NCBI GenBank assembly: GCA_040954595.2
Contig: CM082578.2
Span: forward strand, 6,309,519-6,373,518
Length of the DNA stretch: 64,000 nucleotides
Source: Balanoglossus misakiensis
Taxonomy: Eukaryota; Animalia; Hemichordata
Reading direction: 5' to 3'
The translations under genes and the position numbers were made by a program. The notes under the pieces were generated by a model. That model worked only from the letters and a program-made list of their open reading frames with translations, had not been told where the DNA came from and ran no database searches. Shown piece after piece: positions 52,651 through 64,000 of the stretch (its first letter is position 1; every line of letters starts with the position of its first letter).

Positions 52651-54041
52651 CTTTCGTATTCCCAGTAGACAGGTGATGATCATGCCATGAGTGAACCATT
52701 TCAGGTGCCCTGTAAAATTCAGCATTGATCACTTTTAATCACTGTTTACGTTGACATTAATGTTTGCAAACAGTTCAATACACACTGTCACTGTCAGTGT
52801 AGGCCCGGCCGGGGTGCGGTGAAGGCCAAGTAAAGGAAGATTTGCCTATGTGCATCATATTCATGTAGACTTGGCCTATAGCTATCGCATATTTAGGCCT
52901 AAAAGGTTACAAAAATGAATTAAAATGACGCCTTTTTAACTAATGAATATTACATTAGAAAGTGTAAGGCTGGAAACTTAATAGGAAGTCAAAGCAAAAA
53001 AAAAAATGTGACTCAGATAACATGACTACAGGCCCAGTATCCAGCAAAGTGACGACTATTTAGGTTACAAAAGGTTGATAACTTTTAAATTTGATATTTT
53101 CGGTATTTTTTTTCTGTTAGGCCTACCCATGTATCTTACTGCAGTATCTTGTTCTATATAAAGCTCCTAAGCATGATGGAACGGTAGTTAGCTAGCCAAA
53201 CAAAAGCTTAGCCCACGGGTGTAGGCCAACAACCCACGCTGTATTTTTTTAGTACGAACATCATAAAAACATCTTTTCTTGCAACAAAGCCATCATAGTT
53301 ACACATAGGCTAGGCCTAAACAGTGTATATTGACAACCTGGATACTTGACATTTAACTTAACATGCTAAAGGAGAGTGGAACACGAAATAGCATCAGGTT
53401 GTGCAAAGCACAAATATATTACAGAAAGGAAATGCCACCGGGTTACATCAAAATAGCGCTGTTTATTCCAAAGATTATTACAGCATTTTTTGAACTTGAG
53501 AAGTATCCACGCGTACGTTACTGGTAACTAACATAACTGTGAAACAAACGGTGCGCCGTTATTAAAGATAAAACTACCGCTATATTTCGATAGTGAGTTG
53601 AGCACAAAAGAAGAGATTAGAGATATATCTGAGCGCCAGTCACGACAGCGTGATCTGTGAGACCAAATTGCCTGAACTCTCTCCGACCCGCGTACGTTTA
53701 CGTTCCGTACCTGCATGGCTAGACAACTGATTAATAGGCTAGGGCTTCAAATTAGGGGCTGACTCGCAGCAGCTCGGAAGGTTTATTCTCATTGGTCCAC
53801 GATAGAAAAATAATTTGCATTTGAAATAATAAAAAAAAAGTATAATGTTTTAATATAGCGTCGATACAAGTTTACAACTATTAATGCATATTGATGATAG
53901 TAGTCAGGGTGTTGAAGTCTGTGTGTATAACACAAGCGAGGTTAGCCTGGAGTTACAGGCTTTTGAAGTCATTGTACTTTCCGTCCCTCAACAACAACCA
54001 TTCACCACCACAGCAGTTACTTGTTTCGCTATAACACGGGC

Positions 54042-54403
54042 GTTGATGTGTGTTGATGGGCGTTGATAGCGTTGATGGGCGTTGATAGCATTGATGGGCG
54101 TTGATAGCATTGATGGGCGTTGATGCCTGTTGATGTGTGTTGATAGCGTTGATGCCTGTTGATGGGCGTTGATGCCTGTTGATGTGCGTTGATGTGTGTT
54201 GATGCCTGTTGATGCCTGTTGATGGGCGTTGATGCCTGTTGATGGGCGTTGATGCCTGTTGATGTGCGTTGATGTGTGTTGATGCCTGTTGATGCCTGTT
54301 GATGGGCGTTGATGCCTGTTGATGGGCGTTGATGCCTGTTGATGTGTGTTGATAGCGTTGATGCCTGTTGATGGGCGTTGATGTGTGTTGATAGCGTTGA
54401 TGC
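54042..54403. repeat. Minisatellite of ~37 units of 9-10 bp, GTTGAT(GGGC/GCCT/GTGT/GTGC/AGC)
   Basis: Directly visible array. It explains the repetitive ORFs 53988-54431 and 54029-54457. Confidence 0.95.
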
Positions 54404-55820
54404 AGCCCAGCTCATTTGCATAACAATCCACAGTGGAGACCAGAACTTTCCACTCAAATTAGAAAATATTATTCAATGACTGACAGTGATTTCTTTTCTT
54501 CAATATAACCAAAATGAGCTAAAAATTGACTACAGCAACATATTTTCATATGAAGGCTAAAAAAATTGGCTTTCAAATGATGCTAAAATGATTATGAAAA
54601 TATAAAATTTCCACTACATTTTACCTTACTGAATATTCTGGAACACGGTTTAGAGAAAAATATAGATTTTTTTTCAGCAACTACAGTTCGTCTTGAAATA
54701 AACATAAACAAAATAGATGGTCTGATTATCTTATTTTTTTTTATTTATAACTATTTTTTGTTATTCCTTTTACACTTGTGTGTTGACATAGCATTTATGT
54801 CAGTTGCCAGTCAGCTGAACTGCTCGCGCTCAAGCAGTAGCAGCACCCATATAAGACGTCTGAGGGCACTGTGGGCTGCACAGGGTTAAATTATTTAATA
54901 AAGGAAAAGCTGTGATCACGGAAAAAATGAAAAGCCACACACAACATATCATCAAATGTGATCAGCCGAAAATGGTATTGCCAAAAATTCATGACAGGCC
55001 CATTGCAAAGTGACATCTATAAGTACCAGAAAAGGAAAGATGCAGAAAGAAAGTTTATGAAGTTTAATGTTGACAAAATTCATTATGCTACTTGTTTAAT
55101 CCATCATCTGATGATGATTGTCACATCCGTAGTAGGTGTGACCGTGTTGAAATATCTTAAAAAACTGATTTGTGTTCAATAAACTTCGTCTCAAACAGAC
55201 TCTTACTTCTGCTGACCTAATAAAGACTACTTGTTGCCATGTAGAAAATATCTATTTTATTGGAAAAAAGTAAGTTGGACTGTGAGCTTTGTAAAGTCCC
55301 CGATTCTCTTGAACATAGGTATTTGCATTGTTCTTTGGCAAAGGATCTTTGGTAGAGAATCAACAATACAGTTCAACAAAGTATCGACAAAACGTTCAAA
55401 CTACAGAATTGTGATATAATTTTCACTTGTTATACAAACAAAAGTTTCTCAAGAATGGAAGAAAACATTGTAAATCTGTTAATTTCAATTGGTAAATGGT
55501 GTATCTACAAATACTGGTTGCTTGACAAGAATTTTCCTTTAATTATCATGTTTAAGTGTGAGTTTAGACAGAGGTATAAAGTAGATAAAATACATGTAAA
55601 ATTTTGAACTATTTTTTTTTGTTTTTGTCCTATTGATTTGTACATGGTATTCTTTTGATGTACACTTTTGTAGTTATGAAACCTTTTGCAATCATATTAA
55701 AAGAAAAAAAAAGACTACTTGTATCTGTACCAAATATTGAAAGTGTATGACTAAGCTTGCTTTTGCCGATGACCACACATTACACATGTGTGCAAATAAT
55801 TTTTGCGCTTGGCCTGCCTA

Positions 55821-56774
55821 AGGGACCGTTCAGTTTTTACGGCCGGGGGGGGGGCCGGCAAAATCCAGGGGGGGGTCACTTAAATTTTGAAGTCCTAAAG
55901 GGGGGGGTCATCTGTTTTTTTTAAACGTTTAGGGGGGGGGTCACATACTTTTGCCACTGAACTTTTGCTTTTGAGTCCACAAAATTGCAGTTTCGCGCCC
56001 TTTATTTTACAAAATTTTCTAATGTGGGAGGGGCACACCCCCTCCCACACCCACCCCCTTCATTCTCCGCCACATTTCATTTTTTGCTAGTTTGTGTAGT
56101 GTACCAGGGCAGAGTGCTTACCACCCCAACCCCACCGATGATAATATTTAACAAAGTAAATACATAAGGGAGAATAATCGTTTAAACCATTTCGCATAAC
56201 TGATAGTTTCGTGCTGCATCTTCTATATACTAGAAGTTTTATAAATGATGTCATGACGAAGATGACGCCAAATCTTCTAACTTTGAGTGGAGTGGCAAAA
56301 GTAAAATTGGTCCTCCCAAACATTGAGTTAATTTGCTTTTGAGTTCATTAAAATGCAACTTTGAGCACTGTATTTTACAAAATTTTCTTATGAGGGAGGG
56401 GGACACCCCCTCCCACGCCCACCCCCGCCACTTTTCTTGTTTTACCAATTCTAGCAACTATTGTATTGACTTGTCATTTGAATTTGTTCATAGATTTCTT
56501 TCTTGCAAGGATATACTATTATATACTTCAATTACTTTAAGAAATTTATAATTGAGGTGTGAGGAGCCTCATTCCCTTTATTGCATACAGTCTATAGGAT
56601 CAGGACGGCGAATGTTTTCGGCGGGGGGGGGGGGGGGTTCATCATATTTTTGGGTCTGTCAAAGGGGGGGTCATCATTTTTTGGTGCTGGGTGAAGGGGG
56701 GGTCGGCCTGATTTTGAAAACCGATGACACAAACTTGCCGGCCCCCCCCCTGCCGTAAAAACTGAACGGTCCCT
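55821..56774. mobile_element. ~950-bp non-autonomous DNA transposon with ~40-bp TIRs and G-run-rich subterminal regions
   Basis: ta|agggaccgttcagtttttacggc.g(9-10)ccggcaa ... ttgccggc(9-10)tgccgtaaaaactgaacggtccct|ta. An internal direct repeat lies at ~55963-56057 and ~56332-56426. No transposase ORF. Confidence 0.88.
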
Positions 56775-56793
56775 TAAGACAAACTTCCCCTAA

Positions 56794-57125
56794 TTAAAAT
56801 TCTGGTTCAGTTTTATGAGAGATTCGGGGTTTAAGGCTGTATTAAACATGAAATGCGAACAACTCAAATAATTACCACATTGTTGCATGTAAAATACGAA
56901 AAAGTTTGTGTTCCGTTACGTGAATGCATAAAAAGTCAGTCTCGCCATTCGAGGTAGGTCACTTGTCCGATAGCGGCGTGTTAAAATTCTGGTTCAATTT
57001 TATGACAGATTCAGGGTTTTAGGCTTACCACATTGTTGCAATGAATGTACGTTTACATGTAAAGGACGAAAAAGTTTGAGTTCCGTTACGTGAATGCATA
57101 AAAAGTCAGTCTCGCCATTCGAGGT
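56794..57125. repeat. ~187-bp tandem duplication
   Basis: ttaaaattctggttca...gaaaaagtttg.gttccgttacgtgaatgcataaaaagtcagtctcgccattcgaggt is present twice (56794 and 56981). Confidence 0.9.
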
Positions 57126-57592
57126 TACTTGTAAGTAAGTACACATGTGTGTGGCGGGCATGATACCGGTCGTTTTCCACTGACGGGATTGAAAACAGTC
57201 AGTACCAGACTAAAACAGATTTACAGTCTACCAGACTTTAAAAACCAAAATGCACATTACCTGCATATTATAAGTAGACGATACGGGGCAAATAAGTATT
57301 ACTCGCAGGGATTGCGCTAGGCCTCAAAATCTTGGGGTCCCTGGGACCCCTTCCTTGTGAAAATCAGGGGTCCCTAAATATTTTTGTGGGTCCCCATTTT
57401 TTCAATATATTATAACACATACGTACTCGCCACACACTTACTGGCGAAGTCAACATCACAATTTAAGTGTATTTCCACATTTATTTTCATTTTCTATGAA
57501 CGTTTCATTTTTTATTATAAAGTAATTTCCTTCTGGCTTTCTGTTCATTGAAGTTTGACATAGCTTGAGAAAAAGATTTTGCCAATCAATAA

Positions 57593-57593
57593 T

Positions 57594-57631
<38 letters not shown>

Positions 57632-57650
57632 ACAAACAAACAAACAAACA
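57593..57650. repeat. (AAC)n(AAAC)n compound microsatellite
   Basis: Directly visible; source of the poly-V and poly-C ORFs on the minus strand. Confidence 0.9.
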
Positions 57651-58287
57651 ATAAAATCGCGGAGGGAGAGCCCCCTGTGTTTATACGGGGAACCACAGAG
57701 AGGAAGCGATGCATAGCTATCGATGTCAGAGTGTTCTGATCGTTGACGAGTTTTGCCCCCATATTTAACCCAGTCCAGCTACATGGAGTCGGATAAATCA
57801 AAGATTTTCAAGCGAAAACGGGTGAAAGGATTACATGTACACCAATGAAGATAGACAGGCTGTAAAAAGCATAATCAAAAGCGAGAAATTTTCTCTTTTT
57901 TGCGGAAATCAAACACATAGAACGAGGGAGTCAACAAAGACACCCGCTGAACTGTCGAAAACAAGGTCGCGCGCGTTCGATTGACCGTGCGCGGTACATC
58001 GGGTCCACCGCTCGATGCAGTCGGCCGGCTGCATGGGTACGTCCCGCGATCGCGCGCGACCACCCGCTCTCGACATCGGCCTCTAATTAATGACACATCG
58101 TTCACAACTTGTTGACAAGGCAATTGGCGGACCTGCCAAAGGAAAAACGAAGCCAGTTTTTCTTTTGTTGTCAGGAAAACTCTAACATGCTTTAGTCAAA
58201 TGATTATTTCACACTTTGTTTTTGTTTACAAGTGTCAATTCTTTACTATCAATCACGTGATCTGGCAATGTGTCACATGGCGCAGTC

Positions 58288-58480
58288 ATTTCCAGATGAC
58301 GGGCAAGCAATATTTCGGCATCCAGTAAAAGTTTTTCCAAGTATGTTTTTACTTTAGAACCGCCAAACACATAACATGTATCGGGTATGTTGCCTCATCA
58401 GCCTCATTGCATTTCGTCTGCACAGTCTTTGTCTGCACCACGTAAGTCCACGTTGCTGAAGTTGCCCGTCATCTGGAAAT
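58288..58480. repeat. 193-bp segment bounded by a perfect 19-bp inverted repeat (possible MITE)
   Basis: atttccagatgacgggcaa (58288-58306) / ttgcccgtcatctggaaat (58462-58480); no clear TSD. Confidence 0.65.
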
Positions 58481-60634
58481 CAGAACGCGAACGTAACTGC
58501 CACCTGAACGCGTCTGACGTCATTTGATAGCGAAGAATCTTCTGGATTAGCAAGCCGTAAAAGCGTTTTTGAATAATCCCTGACTCGTACGAAGGTCAAC
58601 ACGTGCAGCAGATAAATATGGCGAAGCTACTCGTGCGAAGCTAGGTCAACACGTTGCGCGTTGGTGGGCGGTACTTTATATGTCAATCATTTGCTTCGGC
58701 CAATCACTACGGCCGTTCCGACGATGTGCGCCTCAACAGCAAATTAGGCGTAACTTTGTAAAATCGTTAGGAAATTTACTGTGGGTTCGGGGAAAAACTA
58801 TTACGTTTTCACAGATTAGTTGATGCATAATCCCTCGGGAACAGAGTTGGGCCTAACATTTTGTTACCTGCTACAGACAAAAAGTCTGTTGTTTACTGTT
58901 TCGGTGAGAAATGCCACCCTCAAACTTAGTTGAAATACCCAGCAATTGTCCGTTCAAGGGTGTAAGCGGTAAAATTTAAGTATTAAAACAATTAACATCG
59001 GAATATAGTCGCTCAGGTAATGAAAGAAAGACAGTGCAACAGTGGCACATAAGTGTTTCGAGAGGAAATGCGTTTACAGAGACGAAACCTGAACCTGAAC
59101 AAATTAATTATGCACCAATCCAAATATCACAAATTCCTCCGACTCCTGCTCCGACCCAACTGGGTTTGTTCAGAATTGGTGTGTGTGCGATAAAGTTTGG
59201 CCCAATGTTCAATTCGTTATCTTTTTATGCACTTCTTCCAATTTAATAATTTTCGTATCTAGCTGTTTCAAGCGAAATTTAGAGCACGCCAGCCATGTAT
59301 TTCTGCCACTCTATATGCTCTACACCCGATCTTTATTCCCAGATTTCGAGATGGTATGCATGACGCCAATTTTTCTAAAACTGAAACAGAAACTCCTTTT
59401 GAAACTGAAACTCCCCCACGAAAGCCGATATGACGAAGATAAAGCAGGATGTAATCGTCATAGTTTTTGAAAATGTCAGCTTACAGGAAGAAGAAGTAAA
59501 CACTTATAATCAACTTTATATTTGTGTATATTAAAAACCGCGACATTTCTGCATAACTAACATGCAATTAAGAGAACAAATCTGCAGGTTTCCAGCAAAT
59601 GTGATTATACTCAATTATCGGGGTAGGCTATTATCACAGCCCCCTCACTGGCAATTAACTCAAATACCACGTCCTTTGATGGAGTTCAGTAGTGGGTGTG
59701 TTGGGTATATCAGCTAGTAAAATCGGGGTTGAGGAATCCATAAAAGAAGGTGGATTAAAGAATTAAAGAACAACTTATGTCGAAATATGAAGTCATGACA
59801 GATAAGCGGGAAGAAGATGTACAAGCCTTGACAGTGCATGCTGTGGTCGGGCCAGTGCACCTGATCTGGCTGGTAGCTTGGTATTTTCTATTTCTATTTT
59901 CTGCCTTCAGGCAGTATGCGACTCAGAAATTCAAGTCTTCCACCGTTTTGTCATATTTGTTCAAGGCAATCTTAGATTATTCTTTCTTGAAATTGACAAC
60001 ACAAATCGGGCGTACCCATGCAAAAAGTTGAATTAAAGACAGCAAAATTGTCTCAAATTTGACATTCAAAATGGCCGCCAATAATGATATTAATGATATT
60101 TGTAAAATAATGCCGGTAAAAACATTTTTCATTTTTCCATAATTCTGTCCCTGATACACATTCTGCCTTATTGTCAGTTAGGAATTTAGAATAATCAAAA
60201 TAAGGTTTGGCTCAGTCAATTTGAAATCTCCACTGTTGGTATTTGCAGGCAAAGTAGTAACAAACACATTCTTTGCAATTCTTTGAGAAATATATGATTG
60301 TAAAATTGCACTCTTAGATTCTTTCCTTCAGATTCAAGGAACCCAATCCATCAGTCCAATCATTCGTTTTCTACGTCATCATCTAACCACACAAACGTCA
60401 CACCTCCACACCTCTGCAAAAGAAAGCACTGCAGATTCAGCTATGACTCATTTGGCATTTACTCAGTGATTTATTGCACATATGATCACAAAGTCTCAAC
60501 ATTTGAAATCAATGAATACCTTTTCCTCAATTAGAATGAAAATGTTCACCTTTCTCTCAACAGATGCCAATATTACTGCGTCAAATAGACGTGTCAAATC
60601 CTTCGAATCAGTGGACTCCTTTTTTTTCATTTAA

Positions 60635-60823
60635 AGGTATACAGTCACCGATCTAATGTAAATACGTCCATATATGGCTGGAATGGTGTATTTGAGTGTT
60701 CTAAAGAACATATGGTGGCGCTCTTTTTTTTTCAAGTGTGCCACCCACTGAAAATCTGTGATTGGCTCGGTCTCTGTTTACCATGGTAACTGTAGCTAAA
60801 TATGCATAGGCGACCGTATACCT
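60635..60823. mobile_element. TTAA-flanked MITE (Kolobok-like termini)
   Basis: ttaa|aggtatacagtcacc ... ggcgaccgtatacct|ttaa. Confidence 0.8.
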
Positions 60824-61516
60824 TTAAACCACGATCACTGGCGATTTCCTCATTTTTCCAGCTTGTAGAAAAGAGATTTTCCGAAATCATGAACTTTAAC
60901 ATTGTCTTGCAGGATAGATGCTCTGAAGACAATTGTGACTTTGCTAACGCAGTTGTTGATGAAGAACAAATAGGTCTCTTCAAAGAGAATTTACACAGCA
61001 ATCATGACATTGGACACTGCGAATGGAAAACTGGATAGAATTTAAATGATCTACCTTGAAACTTAAATGTATAGATATGTTAAAATAATGAAGCAAAAAC
61101 GTTTTTTCATCCTTGACATAAACAGGCCACATGTTTTTAAAATCTCACCAGTTACAAATAAGTTGCATTGTTTTTTTCCATCTGTCTATGTTATAAGTAA
61201 TGGAAATGTACAATATAAGTAATGGAAATGTACAATTTAAGTAAAATTCAAGTATTTACAATAACAAAGTTGTAATTTATTTTTCCATAATGTCATTACT
61301 TTCAAAATTTCTCAATAATTCCGAAAATATACATCTGAAATAATCTTGAATGTTGTTAATAGTAAAATTGTGTAAAACACACAGAAAGTGCATGTGCTGA
61401 TATCAAGTTTTCATAAGAAATGCATTTTTGCCAGCAGACTAATAGTTCATCTGTAAAACTAAGTGATTTTCCACCTTTAATGTTTTTTTGTAAATTAAAA
61501 ATACTGCTAACATCTC

Positions 61517-61650
61517 CGTTTAGTTGTCTTGTGACCAATGACACCGTACAGTAATGGTTTAAAAATAACTTGAATTTTACCAACGTTTAGTTGTCTTGTG
61601 ACCAATGACACCGTACAGTAATGGTTTAAAAATAACTTGAATTTTACCAA
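61517..61650. repeat. Perfect 67-bp tandem duplication
   Basis: cgtttagttgtcttgtgaccaatgacaccgtacagtaatggtttaaaaataacttgaattttaccaa x2. Confidence 0.95.
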
Positions 61651-64000
61651 CAAAGCTGTCCAATAAAAAACTTGCAAACTGGTCAATACTTTCTCTGCCT
61701 CTGGCCCATGTTATGATACTACCTTTGATTCACCTTAGTTTACTGACACAAGATTTCTCGGCCCCTCTGCACTTTGTTTAGACTGGTTTCTGTGTACATA
61801 AACTTTAAAAACACACAAACAATTAGTAAATATAAAGAAAAAGTTTGTTGGAAACCTTAAAAACGTTTTTAAAAACCCTGGAACAGTCAGCTGGAGATGA
61901 TGAACCATTTAAATATTATTTTATAGTATTGTCTGTATCCATAGCAACATGCATGCCAGTCAGAATTTCTTTCTTGGAGCGTGATGCAATGTTGATATCA
62001 TGCTGCCAGTCTTATGTCCAACAGAATCTAGCTACGACAATGATTACCGGTAAGTAGATTTCAGCACCTGGAGTGTATTCTCAATGGTAAAGTCGTTAAA
62101 AGTCTTCATGGTTTAAAACAAATTTGTCTTGTGTATCAACCAGTTGCTTGTTCTGAGATATGCTCTTTAGCTTGGCAAACACAAACTAACTGTGTCTACT
62201 GTAGAGTGGCAAGTATTTCACTGTTAGCAGTTAAAATTTGATTGTCAAGAATAGCCACACACATTATGCATTATATATAGACTATGTTACAAAAGTTGCA
62301 TATTTGGTGTTTCAACACCTGCGAGATCAGTTGCTTAATATGCAAAATAAAAATATTACGTATATTTAAAAAAATTCTGGCTCTTCAACCATTGCAGCAG
62401 CCAAGCGTTCGTGCTGGAGTTACAGCTTTCAAACCACAAGGTGACCTTGAAAAGGTTTTCTAGGTGTCCACCGTGGTCTCAGTTGGCACGTTGGGGGCGC
62501 GTTCCCTTTGACAGCAAGCCATGTTTTTGACATCTTTTATGAAGAGAGGGAGTATACACAACATCGTGAGTGCCGTCTAAAATGAAGAAAAGGGGGAGAT
62601 AATCAAAAAAGATCTGACAGATCACATCAAACATGGACAGACGTTGCAATATTTGTCACTCACAAAAATAACCCATTTTACAGTATCTACGGTACAAAAT
62701 GCTTCAATCATCAAATGGCCATAAACACAATATGCTTTTGCAATTTCCTAGGCAAAATTGAGACGCATCATGTTTACAATGTAACTAGCATCTCAAAAAA
62801 ACAACATGTAGAATGAGCATTTCATTTACTCACCATTAGAATAAAAAGATAAAACACCCAGTACCAGCCAAGGTGGAGCTGTATCACAGGTACCAAAAGC
62901 TGTTTACAGAAAAAAAGATCATGAATATTAAAAAAAACATCATCCTTTGCAAGGTTGTTGAACTGCTCACCAGATGACATCATAGTGTCTGAAGCCAGTC
63001 CTGCCAGATCTTGAACCACAAGAGGGCGCTTTACTGGAACACTAATATATGATATTACGGCAATCATTGAAGCAAATACATGAAAGATAGCCATTCAAGA
63101 TCAAACATTCCCAAAATGAAAAAAAAACACCTATGGATTTGCCAATAAAGTCGAGTACTAAAAACTACTGAAAATACTAGGGCAATGCAAGGACAGTGTT
63201 GATTCTGCGGTATCCTACAAAACCCCAGGTCACAATTACTGTACCAAGAACAAAGCAAACACACAGCATGGGGGACGACATGATACAAAAACTTAGAGCA
63301 AAGCATCATGGGATATCCACATGGAAGACCCCAGGGGGTGTCTCACCTGACCAATAGCAGCACCAACGCTACCAGTGCCGTCAACGATGCCTGTCACAGT
63401 GGACAAAGCCTCGCTGCTACCTCGGATCTTGTCCTGTCGGCCGAGATCGGCAGACACTGCGGCACTGATCAAGTTCGCAACACCACCAATAAAAAATCCT
63501 ACATGGAAAAATGAAAAGTGGAAGGTTCAATACACATCCGGGAAACTAACACTGCGCAGTCACTTTGACCCCCATTGCTCTACAAAGAGGATTAAGATGG
63601 TGTGACATTCACCACAGTTGTCAGATCAAATAATATTCTTGTATAAACTTGAAATCAGTCAGAATTTTGTTCCCACTGGTCCCTGGTATTCAGCATGTAG
63701 TGTGTAGTCTGTCATCGGTGGAGTTGATTATTCAAAGTTCAACATGTGGCGGCCATTTTGGATACAGGTGTGTCGGCCAACGTCACTAAAAACCACTGAC
63801 CAACATCAGTTTTATTGCCCTTCTTATCAGTGCTTTTGAACTGATGCTATGAACAGGATGAAAGAAACAGTGGGATCGGGTTGTTTAACACATCAGCATG
63901 TTCAAGTAATGGCTTAATCTGAACATTAGGACAGACGGCCTCTGTCCGTGACAACCCCACCTGTAAGATATGATGTCTTATGCAACAGATAACCTTTGGC

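Noticed and set aside
53988-54457. Repetitive 147 and 142 aa ORFs; superficial CRISPR-like periodicity
   Set aside because: Translations of a 10-bp minisatellite; no unique spacers and no cas genes.
57306-57400. hAT-like left end (cagggattgcgctagg)
   Set aside because: No matching right TIR or TSD found in the window.

Overview
AT-rich, intron-rich eukaryotic DNA. An invertebrate animal is likely, possibly a marine deuterostome such as a hemichordate; this is inferred from gene and repeat style only. Three multi-exon genes were reconstructed by hand with phase-consistent GT-AG junctions. (1) LTA4H, leukotriene A4 hydrolase/M1 aminopeptidase, on the minus strand: ATG at 7850, 15 exons visible, running off the left edge. 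(2) A 28-exon, ~1625-aa plus-strand gene (9015-24131), head-to-head with LTA4H. It encodes an N-terminal beta-rich region, a helical middle region, about 7 RCC1 repeats and a C-terminal half-RING Cys/His motif, and is tentatively claret/GLO-4-like. (3) FAM120A-like on the minus strand (52166-29620; 16 exons, ~1210 aa), convergent with gene 2. Introns and intergenic DNA carry several non-autonomous DNA-transposon (MITE) families, tandem duplications and mini/microsatellites. No tRNA, rRNA, CRISPR array or intact transposase was recognised. The best leads are the RCC1 protein's architecture, uORF-rich leaders, a motif array in the FAM120A 3' UTR, foldback elements in introns and structured CpG-rich DNA near 58 kb. 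All coordinates were read by eye, with no alignment or database search.
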